From NCBI GenBank assembly GCA_002351955.1, contig DEHO01000041.1:62840-76174 (forward strand): 13,335 nt of DNA. Reading direction: 5' to 3'. Below, piece by piece: positions 1 to 7,072 of this stretch. Position 1 is the stretch's first letter; each line of letters starts with the position of its first letter. The notes under the pieces were generated by a model. That model was not told the origin of the DNA, ran no database searches, and saw only the letters and a list, made by a program, of their open reading frames with translations. A program made the translations under genes and the position numbers. Source of the stretch: Flavobacteriales bacterium UBA2798. Its GTDB lineage: Bacteria; Bacteroidota; Bacteroidia; Flavobacteriales_D; UBA2798.

Positions 1-1
1 C

Positions 2-2026
2 GATAATGAACTGATCGGGAATCAGGACAACCTTCCCGAACACATGAAGAGCAATCCGTCGCACAACCGTTTTTACCTTCTTCCATTAATTCTTGGTTTG
101 ATCGGTTTCTTCTGGCAACTTGTTCGCGACCCGAAAAACTGGTTTGTTGTTTTCCTGCTTTTCTTCTTTACAGGTATCGCAATTATCCTATACCTCAATC
201 CAAAACCTTATGAACCACGTGAGCGCGATTACGCTTATGTAGGATCGTTTTATGCTTTTGCAATCTGGATCGGTATTGGTGTTTATGCACTCTTTGATAT
301 AGCAAAAAACCTCAAGCTGCGCGACTTCGCATTCTTTGCAGGAGGAACAACTGCATTTACATTGATCCTTTACATGTTCGAAGGAAAAGATGGTCACGCC
401 TTTTCATACATCATGTTCTATATCGCATTGGTTTCCTTTGCAGCAATGGCCATCATGATTGTCATGAATATGTTCGGAAAGAACGATATGCTTACTGCCG
501 CAACATCCATTTTACTTGCAGTACCTGCACCTTACCTGATGGCGAAAGAAGGTTGGGACGACCACAACAGAAGCAACAGAAGTACAGCTCTCGATCTGGC
601 ATGGAATTACCTGCAAAGTTGTGAGCCGAATGCCATCCTCTTTACCCACGGCGATAACGATACTTTCCCCTTGTGGTATGCACAGGAGGTTGAAAAAATT
701 CGTCGCGATGTTCGTGTTGTCAACCTCTCTCTTTTAGGTACCGATTGGTACATCGATCAGATGGTGCGCCGCGCATACGAAAGTGCTCCGGTTCCATTTA
801 CTTTTCCCGAACACATCTACCGTCAGGGTGGTGCAATTGATCAGGCTTTCGTAAATACACGCAATGATAAATTCGAAGACCTGGTCTTCATGATGGATTC
901 GCTGCGCAACGACGATAACCATGTACAACTTGATGCCGGTAGCAGTCGCCGGTTTGCTGTGCTTAACACCCCTAAACTTTACCTGAAAGTAGATAAGGAA
1001 GCTGTTAAAGCAAACAAAGTTGTGGGTGAGCATGATTACAACAAAATTGTGGACACCGTTAAATTCATTGTCCCAAAACCACAGGGATATATGTTCAAGA
1101 ACGATGTAATGATTCTCGATCTGGTTGCCCACAACAATTGGGAGCGTCCGATCTATTTTGCAGGAACTGCCGATGCAGAAACCTACATGGGATTAGGTGA
1201 TTATTTCCTCATGACAGGACTCAATTACAAATTTGTCCCCATGAAGAATCAGAATCCCAACCCAAGAGAGTTTGGTAAAATCGATACTGATACCATGTAT
1301 AAAATGTTCATGGAGGTATACCGCTGGGGGAACATGAACGGAGAAGGTGTTTACGTTGACTATTACACACGTCGCTTAACCAATAACTACCGTCTGCAAT
1401 TCCTGAATCTTGCCGAAGCACTCAATAGCGAAGCACGCGAAGCACAAGGCAAACTCAGCTATTACCAGATGCAAATTCGTGTTACGGAAGACAGCCTCAA
1501 GCGTGGAAGCAACAGTGCAATGGAGCAGCGTCTTGTCAACCTGAAAGCTCAGGAAAAGAAAAACCAGGAAATCATTGAAGCGAAACACAACCGCGCATCC
1601 AAAGTACTTCGTCGTTCCTTGGAAGTTATGCCTGAAAAGAATGTTCCGTTCGACAGAATCGTTCCTTCTTACGTGCCAATCGCGCTAGAAGCGGGCGACG
1701 ATTCACTTGCAACTGCTCTGGTAGAACGATTGGTTGAGGTAAACGACGCCAACCTTCGTTATTATTTCAATGCAGGAGAACGTTTCTCGATCAACATGAT
1801 GGATGATATTGATGTTTCGCGCCGCATTCTGATGATGATGTATCAGATCTGTACACAGTACAAGAAAGCGGAATTGCTGGCTAAAATTGAACCTGTTCTC
1901 AACGCACAAGACGCAGCATTTGCATCCTGGATGAACAGAATCCTTCAGTACGATCGTCGCATGGGAATGAACAACCTCATGAGAAGCTTCCCGAACGAAA
2001 TGCAGCAACTGTTCCAAATGCAATAG
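2..2026 (+). CDS. DUF2723 (TMEM260-like, putative glycosyltransferase family 117) polytopic membrane protein, 5'-truncated by the window edge. The reading frame is open from position 2, and the ORF-track Met at 44 is internal.
   Basis: The frame has no stop back to the window start. It has multiple hydrophobic helices (LLPLILGLIGFFWQLV, FVVFLLFFFTGIAIILYL, FAIWIGIGVYALF and others). The signature stretch FTHGDNDTFPLWYAQEVEKIRRDVRVVNLSLL matches the conserved GDNDTFPLWY..VEG.R.DV motif of bacterial DUF2723 proteins, which are typically about 1000 aa or longer, so roughly the C-terminal two thirds is present. The stop is TAG at 2024-2026. Confidence 0.7.
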   Translation, partial: DNELIGNQDNLPEHMKSNPSHNRFYLLPLILGLIGFFWQLVRDPKNWFVVFLLFFFTGIAIILYLNPKPYEPRERDYAYVGSFYAFAIWIGIGVYALFDIAKNLKLRDFAFFAGGTTAFTLILYMFEGKDGHAFSYIMFYIALVSFAAMAIMIVMNMFGKNDMLTAATSILLAVPAPYLMAKEGWDDHNRSNRSTALDLAWNYLQSCEPNAILFTHGDNDTFPLWYAQEVEKIRRDVRVVNLSLLGTDWYIDQMVRRAYESAPVPFTFPEHIYRQGGAIDQAFVNTRNDKFEDLVFMMDSLRNDDNHVQLDAGSSRRFAVLNTPKLYLKVDKEAVKANKVVGEHDYNKIVDTVKFIVPKPQGYMFKNDVMILDLVAHNNWERPIYFAGTADAETYMGLGDYFLMTGLNYKFVPMKNQNPNPREFGKIDTDTMYKMFMEVYRWGNMNGEGVYVDYYTRRLTNNYRLQFLNLAEALNSEAREAQGKLSYYQMQIRVTEDSLKRGSNSAMEQRLVNLKAQEKKNQEIIEAKHNRASKVLRRSLEVMPEKNVPFDRIVPSYVPIALEAGDDSLATALVERLVEVNDANLRYYFNAGERFSINMMDDIDVSRRILMMMYQICTQYKKAELLAKIEPVLNAQDAAFASWMNRILQYDRRMGMNNLMRSFPNEMQQLFQMQ

Positions 2027-2063
2027 TCTGGTCAGAGCTAAAATTCCACATATTGTAAAGGCA

Positions 2064-2639
2064 TTGTATCAGGACCTGGAATGGAGTATCCCCGTTTCAG
2101 GTCCTGAGCTTTTTATCACCTTCGATGATGGTCCTATTCCGGAAATAACACCTCGTGTTCTTGAGATTCTCAAAGCATACAATGCAAAAGCTACCTTTTT
2201 CTGTATTGGCGAAAATGTGCGAAAACACCCGGAAATCTACCGCCAAATACTGGAAGAGGGTCACCGCACCGGTAATCATACCCAGCACCACATCAACGGC
2301 TGGAAAACAAACAAGATCAACTATCTCCGCCAAAGCCTGCTCTGCTCTCACTATGTACAATCCGATCTCTTTCGCCCCCCATACGGCAGAATCTCCCGTG
2401 CTCAGGCTAAGGCACTGAAAAGCCGTTTCAGAATTATTATGTGGGATGTGCTGAGTATGGATTACGACAAAAGGATCAGCCGCGAAAAATGCCTGGATAA
2501 CGTGGTAAAAAATGCAGGTCCCGGCTCCATCATTGTTTTTCACGACAGTCACAAAGCGGCGGATAACATGTTGCATGCATTACCTGCCATGCTCGATCAT
2601 TTTTCGAAAAAGGGATTTCGCTTCAACGCAATTCCCTGA
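2064..2639 (+). CDS. Polysaccharide deacetylase family protein (CE4 / NodB homology domain), minimal single-domain form with no signal peptide.
   Basis: All five NodB motifs are present in order: TFDDGP (motif 1), GNHTQHH (motif 2), RPPYG (motif 3), MWDVLSMDY (motif 4, DxxDW-like) and IIVFHDS (motif 5). The only start codon upstream of motif 1 and downstream of the in-frame stop is TTG at 2064. There is no in-frame ATG before motif 1, so a TTG start is inferred. Confidence 0.85.
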   Translation: MYQDLEWSIPVSGPELFITFDDGPIPEITPRVLEILKAYNAKATFFCIGENVRKHPEIYRQILEEGHRTGNHTQHHINGWKTNKINYLRQSLLCSHYVQSDLFRPPYGRISRAQAKALKSRFRIIMWDVLSMDYDKRISREKCLDNVVKNAGPGSIIVFHDSHKAADNMLHALPAMLDHFSKKGFRFNAIP

Positions 2640-2693
2640 TATCCATAAGCCTCCAAATTTCATTAGAATAGTATCTTTATCGGCTCAAAACAA

Positions 2694-3338
2694 TTGCCTG
2701 TGCTAGCAGCCATACTGGAGGGACTATTTTTTGGCTTTGTTCTCAGCTTTATGCTGGGTCCTAGTTTTTTTCTCATTCTTGAAACGAGTATTCAGGATGG
2801 AATCAAATCGGCTATGCTGCTGGATTTAGGAGTGTTGGTTTCGGATATCATTTACATTTTTGTTGCACTTAAATTCTTCTCTCGTCGCGACGAAATCATT
2901 GCCCATGAGCAGGCCATAACTATTGCCACAGGGGTGTTATTAGGCTGCTTTGGCGCATACCAGCTTCTTACCAAAAAAGCACCAAGCACCGATGCACCCG
3001 AGCCCAAAGAAATCATTCATACCCGTATCAAATCCGTTGGATTGTTTCTAAAAGGCTTTCTTATCAATATCATTAACCCTACCATTTTGCTGTATTGGTT
3101 CGGAATGATCTTCATTGGTTTCTCCAAAAACAATTTCGACGATTCGCAAATGATCGTTTTTCTGGGATCCATTCTGGCGGCTTTCTTTTCCATTGATGTT
3201 CTGAAAATCATTGGTGCCCGCCAGCTTAAAAAAGCCATCACCCCGGCGCTGATGCGTCACCTGAACAGAGCAATTGGGGTAATTCTGGTTGTTTTTGGTG
3301 CAGTACTCTTCATCAAGGGACTCCACATTTTTCATTGA
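2694..3338 (+). CDS. LysE/RhtB-family amino-acid (or small metabolite) exporter.
   Basis: The protein is about 214 aa with 6 hydrophobic helices. The N-terminal pattern is about 20 aa, then LGPSFFLILETSIQDGIKSAMLLDLGVLVSDIIYIFVALKF, matching the LysE-type PGP....G...G....G....D signature. The only candidate starts after the in-frame TAG at 2664 are TTG 2694 and GTG 2700, so the start is uncertain by 2 codons. Confidence 0.75.
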   Translation: MPVLAAILEGLFFGFVLSFMLGPSFFLILETSIQDGIKSAMLLDLGVLVSDIIYIFVALKFFSRRDEIIAHEQAITIATGVLLGCFGAYQLLTKKAPSTDAPEPKEIIHTRIKSVGLFLKGFLINIINPTILLYWFGMIFIGFSKNNFDDSQMIVFLGSILAAFFSIDVLKIIGARQLKKAITPALMRHLNRAIGVILVVFGAVLFIKGLHIFH

Positions 3339-3476
3339 GCGTAACCGAAACAACTTGTTTCCGTTATACCGCATAACCACAATCCTTCTGTTAAAATCTT
3401 CTCAAGGCGACTCACATTCCAAGGTTCGATTTTGAGAACTTGCATGGGATTTGTAATAAACCATCAAAACAATATC

Positions 3477-5165
3477 ATGCGCTTAACAACAATTCTCTTT
3501 TTACTGGTCGTGTTATCCTCTCCGGTTGTTGGTCAGGAAGCAACAACGCCCGTTAAAAAAACCAATGAGGTAGAACGCACCTATTGGGATAAACAAAAAA
3601 AGAAAGTCCGCAGCGAAGGCCGCTACCGTACCGACGGATTTTCGGGTATCGGACTTGAAGAAGGAGAATGGAAATACTGGTACGAGAACGGACAAATGGA
3701 AGGAATCATTGAGTTCAGTAAAGGGCAACTCAACGGCCGTTTGATCAAGTATTACGAAAACGGAAAAAAAATGCAGGAAGGTTGGTTCAAAATGGGAGTG
3801 CAGGACAGCCTCTCTTCCTTCTGGTACAACAACGGTCAGCTGCGCGAAAGCGGTTCATACATAATGGGGAAAAAAAACGGGGAATGGAAATACTACAACC
3901 ACACCGGTAAAATCATTCTCGAAGAACGGCATGAGAACGGTAAGGAATTCGTGGTGAACTATTGGGATCGCAACGGAAAACAAACCATTACAAGCGGTAA
4001 CGGAAAAATGTTTGTGTATGCCAGCGATAATTTGGTGAAAGAAGAATACACCTATAAAGACGGATTGCGACACGGAGCCTGCTATGAAAAAAATGCGCTT
4101 GGTCGTGTAATCGTTCAGGGCGAATACAATCTAGGCAAAAAGGCAGGGACCTGGATTTTTCGGTATGCAGACGGCACCAAGAAAAGAGAAGTTTCCTATA
4201 AAGATGATTGGATGGAAGGCCCATTTAAAGAATATATGGGCGGTGATTCCATATTGGTTCAGGGCACCTATAAAGCCGGTAAAAAAGACGGAATTTGGGA
4301 ATGGTATTTCGAAAACGGAACGCTCGATATGAAAGGCGGTTTTGCGGATGATTTGCAGGAAGGTGAATGGTATTTCGGATACAATAATGGCAAGATCAAC
4401 TATAAAGGTAGTTTTACTGCAGGCAAGCGCGAAGGCAAATGGGAATACTACTACCCCGAAGGTCAGGCCTACATGACAGGACACTTTAAAAACGATGTGA
4501 AGCACGGCCCTTGGATCACATGGTTTGAAAGCGGAAAAAAACTCAGTGAAGGCGAGTTTAGCGAAGGGAAAGAACAGGGCGTATGGACCTCCTGGTACGA
4601 CAGTGGTGGAACAAAGGACGAAGGATCATTCGAAAAAGGACTCATGAACGGCGTATGGAAAGGCTGGTTTCCCAACGGAAAACTGAACTATCAGGGTAGC
4701 TACACCATGGGCCATCGCTCAGGGCACTGGACCTATTATTTTTCGAACGGCAAGAAACGTGATGAAGGTGATTTCAAAGTAATCAGCCGCTCCAAAAGCC
4801 TCGAAAAAAACAGTCCGAACGCATCTAGCTATCAGGAAAGTGTTCGTCACGGCAAATGGGCATCATTCGATGAGCGTGGAGAAAAAACAGCAGAGGGCAG
4901 CTATTACGAAGGAGAAATGGATGGTCGCTGGTTGTTTTATCAACCCGGGGAAATTATGCTTGCTCAGGAGATCAACTATAAAAAAGGCGTGTTGGATGGC
5001 GTCTCGATCAGCTACGACAAAAAGGGCAAAAAGATCAGCGAAATCAATTACAAAGACGGTGCCCCACATGGAGAGTACAAAACCTGGGACTCTAAAGGCA
5101 ACCTCAGCAAACACCTGATTTACAAGAACGGGAAAGTGGTAAAGGACAAGCTACCAAAGAAATAA
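3477..5165 (+). CDS. Secreted MORN-variant repeat protein (MORN_2 / COG2849, often auto-annotated as a toxin-antitoxin system YwqK family antitoxin).
   Basis: It has about 20 tandem degenerate repeats of the form G.W..(Y/W)(Y/F).NG.....G.(F/Y)..G...G across the whole protein (for example GEWKYWYENGQMEGIIEFSKGQLNG and GEWKYYNHTGKI). Starting at ATG 3477 (MRLTTILFLLVVLSSPVVGQEA) gives a classic signal peptide. The ORF-track TTG at 3432 adds 15 non-hydrophobic residues ahead of it and is less likely. Confidence 0.8.
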   Translation: MRLTTILFLLVVLSSPVVGQEATTPVKKTNEVERTYWDKQKKKVRSEGRYRTDGFSGIGLEEGEWKYWYENGQMEGIIEFSKGQLNGRLIKYYENGKKMQEGWFKMGVQDSLSSFWYNNGQLRESGSYIMGKKNGEWKYYNHTGKIILEERHENGKEFVVNYWDRNGKQTITSGNGKMFVYASDNLVKEEYTYKDGLRHGACYEKNALGRVIVQGEYNLGKKAGTWIFRYADGTKKREVSYKDDWMEGPFKEYMGGDSILVQGTYKAGKKDGIWEWYFENGTLDMKGGFADDLQEGEWYFGYNNGKINYKGSFTAGKREGKWEYYYPEGQAYMTGHFKNDVKHGPWITWFESGKKLSEGEFSEGKEQGVWTSWYDSGGTKDEGSFEKGLMNGVWKGWFPNGKLNYQGSYTMGHRSGHWTYYFSNGKKRDEGDFKVISRSKSLEKNSPNASSYQESVRHGKWASFDERGEKTAEGSYYEGEMDGRWLFYQPGEIMLAQEINYKKGVLDGVSISYDKKGKKISEINYKDGAPHGEYKTWDSKGNLSKHLIYKNGKVVKDKLPKK

Positions 5166-5175
5166 GCGCCTATAA

Positions 5176-5207
5176 TTTGCATCTGGTGCATTTTCATCGT
5201 ATATTTG
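5176..5207 (+). promoter_or_regulatory. Candidate Bacteroidota sigma-A-type promoter with a -33 TTTG and a -7 TAnnTTTG.
   Basis: TTTG at 5176-5179 and TATATTTG at 5200-5207 are separated by 20 nt. This is an exact match to the Bacteroides/Bacteroidota consensus TTTG-N19-21-TAnnTTTG. It lies upstream of rimP-nusA-infB. Confidence 0.4.
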
Positions 5208-5231
5208 CATCACTTTCTTGGAAAAACGATC

Positions 5232-5260
5232 AGAGGGGACAGCGGTCCCCTCTTTTATTT
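5232..5260 (+). terminator. Intrinsic (rho-independent) terminator-like hairpin with a U-tract.
   Basis: AGAGGGGAC (5232-5240) pairs perfectly with GTCCCCTCT (5245-5253) as a 9-bp GC-rich stem around an AGCG loop, followed by TTTTATTT (5253-5260). It lies 67 nt after the MORN-variant gene stop and 36 nt before the rimP ATG. Confidence 0.7.
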
Positions 5261-5295
5261 CCCTGATTTTTGGCCCTTGGAAGTGGTATTTAGAA

Positions 5296-5763
5296 ATGAT
5301 CAACGAAAGCAATATCCGTCCGATTGTAAATGATGTCCTTCAGGGAACCGAGTGTTTTCTGGTGGAGCTGGTGGTAGCACCCGGAGCAAAGATTCTTGTT
5401 GAGTTGGACAGTCCCTCCGGCGTTACGATTGAACAGCTCCGCAAGATCAGCAGAGCAATTGAAAATCAGCTGGATCGGGAAAAAGAAGATTTCGAGTTGA
5501 CGGTGAGTTCCCCCGGATTGGAGAAACCTTTCAGGGTGTTTGAGCAATACCTCAAAAACGTGGGAAGAAGCCTGACCGTTGACCTCAACGACGGGCGGAA
5601 GCTGGAAGGTAAACTGGAGGAAGCTACAGAAAAAGGAATTGTTCTGGAGAGTAGCAGCCGGGAGAAAGTGGAAGGCAAGAAATCAAAACAAGACGTAGTG
5701 CGCAGGCATGAAGTCGGAATGAATGAAATTAAACAGGCCAAAGTGCTGATAACCTTTAAATGA
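5296..5763 (+). CDS. rimP: Ribosome maturation factor RimP.
   Basis: It is 155 aa starting from ATG 5296 (MINESNIRPIVNDVL...). It carries the conserved (E/T)VSSPGL(D/E)(R/K)P(L/F) motif as TVSSPGLEKPF. It sits immediately upstream of nusA, as in the conserved rimP-nusA-infB operon. The ORF-track TTG at 5218 is rejected because its extension would run through the terminator hairpin and has no homology support. Confidence 0.9.
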   Translation: MINESNIRPIVNDVLQGTECFLVELVVAPGAKILVELDSPSGVTIEQLRKISRAIENQLDREKEDFELTVSSPGLEKPFRVFEQYLKNVGRSLTVDLNDGRKLEGKLEEATEKGIVLESSSREKVEGKKSKQDVVRRHEVGMNEIKQAKVLITFK

Positions 5764-5782
5764 CCCCATAAAAACAACCACT

Positions 5783-7018
5783 ATGAATGGTTTGAATCTG
5801 ATCGAATCCTTCCAGGATTTCAAAGAGTTCAAGAACATCGACAGGGTGACTATGATGAGCATCCTTGAGGACGTATTTCGCGGAATGCTGAAAAAGAAAT
5901 ACGGAACCGATGAGCACATCGACATCATCCTGAACGTTGAAAAGGGCGACCTTGAAATCTGGATGAACCGCGAGATTGTGCGCGATGAAGAACTTGAAGA
6001 CGAAGGCACGCAGATCGCTTATAGCGAAGCTGTGAAAATTGAGCCCGACTTTGAAATTGGTGAAGAGGTATCGGAAAAAGTTGAGATCGACGATTTTGGC
6101 CGCCGTAATATTCTTGCGCTGCGTCAGAATCTTATATCACGTGTACTTGAACTTGAGAAAGACAACGTATACAAAAAGTACAAAGAGCGCATTGGTGAAA
6201 TCATGACCGGTGAAGTGTATCAGATCTGGAAAAAAGAAATTCTTATTCTCGACGACGAAGGCAACGAACTTATTCTTCCCAAGAGCGAACAGATTCCAAG
6301 CGACTTCTTCAAAAAAGGAGATTCGATTCGTGCAGTGGTATACAAAGTGGATCTTCGCAACGGAACTCCAGTTGTTATTCTTTCACGTACTTCACCTGTG
6401 TTCCTTGAGCGTTTGTTTGAGCTTGAAGTTCCGGAGGTATTTGACGGTCTCATCACCATCAAAAAAATCGTTCGCGAACCCGGAGAGCGTGCAAAAGTTG
6501 CCGTGGAAAGCTACGACGACCGCATCGATCCGGTTGGTGCCTGCGTGGGGATGAAAGGTTCACGTATTCACGGAATCGTTCGTGAGTTGCGCAACGAAAA
6601 CATCGACGTAATCAATTACACCAACAATAACCAGTTGCTTATTACCCGTGCACTTTCTCCTGCAAAAATTACTTCGGTAAGTCTGGATGAAGAAACAAAA
6701 CGTGCAGAGGTTTATCTGAAGCCCGATCAGGTGTCGCTCGCCATTGGTAAAGGCGGTCACAACATTAAACTGGCCAGCAAACTTACAGGTTACGAAATCG
6801 ACGTTTACCGCGAAGGCGCGGAAGATATCGACGACGTTGATCTGGATGAATTCACTGACGAAATCGACGCATGGATCCTTGACGAGCTCAAGTCGATCGG
6901 TTGCGATACTGCGCGTTCTGTCCTTGACCTAAGTGTAGAAGATCTGGTAAAACGTACCGATCTCGAAGAAGAAACCATCAACGAAGTTGTTCGCATTCTG
7001 AAATCAGAATTCGAATGA
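5783..7018 (+). CDS. nusA: Transcription termination/antitermination factor NusA, short form without the C-terminal acidic repeat domains.
   Basis: It is 411 aa with an N-terminal domain, an S1-like region and two KH domains (DPVGACVGMKGSRIHGIVRELRNENIDVI, VSLAIGKGGHNIKLASKLTGYEIDV). The ATG start is 20 nt after the rimP stop and the synteny is conserved. Confidence 0.95.
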   Translation: MNGLNLIESFQDFKEFKNIDRVTMMSILEDVFRGMLKKKYGTDEHIDIILNVEKGDLEIWMNREIVRDEELEDEGTQIAYSEAVKIEPDFEIGEEVSEKVEIDDFGRRNILALRQNLISRVLELEKDNVYKKYKERIGEIMTGEVYQIWKKEILILDDEGNELILPKSEQIPSDFFKKGDSIRAVVYKVDLRNGTPVVILSRTSPVFLERLFELEVPEVFDGLITIKKIVREPGERAKVAVESYDDRIDPVGACVGMKGSRIHGIVRELRNENIDVINYTNNNQLLITRALSPAKITSVSLDEETKRAEVYLKPDQVSLAIGKGGHNIKLASKLTGYEIDVYREGAEDIDDVDLDEFTDEIDAWILDELKSIGCDTARSVLDLSVEDLVKRTDLEEETINEVVRILKSEFE

Positions 7019-7072
7019 ACCCGCTGAACAACAGAATATCGAATACAATAATAAAACCCGGGAAACCACCGC

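Noticed and set aside
2097-2576. A 159-aa antisense ORF and 87- and 64-aa overlapping ORFs within the deacetylase gene.
   Set aside because: The sense frame carries all five CE4 motifs in order. The overlapping frames have no features and are typical shadow ORFs.
3343-3361. GAAAC-AACTT-GTTTC inverted repeat just after the LysE stop.
   Set aside because: The stem is 5 bp and AT-rich with one GC pair, and no U-tract follows. It is not convincing as a terminator.
3423-3431. GGTTCGATT, which resembles a tRNA T-loop (GGTTCGAAT).
   Set aside because: The flanking sequence cannot form the T-stem, acceptor stem or the rest of a cloverleaf. I recognised no tRNA anywhere in the window, and the metY tRNA that precedes rimP in E. 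coli is absent here.
3432-3476. TTG 3432 or ATG 3444 as the start of the MORN-variant protein.
   Set aside because: ATG 3477 yields a textbook signal peptide (MRLTTILFLLVVLSSPVVG). The upstream extension adds polar residues that would bury the signal peptide.
5218-5295. ORF-track TTG start that extends rimP by 26 codons.
   Set aside because: The extension runs through the terminator hairpin at 5232-5260 and the U-tract. It adds a non-conserved hydrophobic peptide. ATG 5296 gives a canonical 155-aa RimP.
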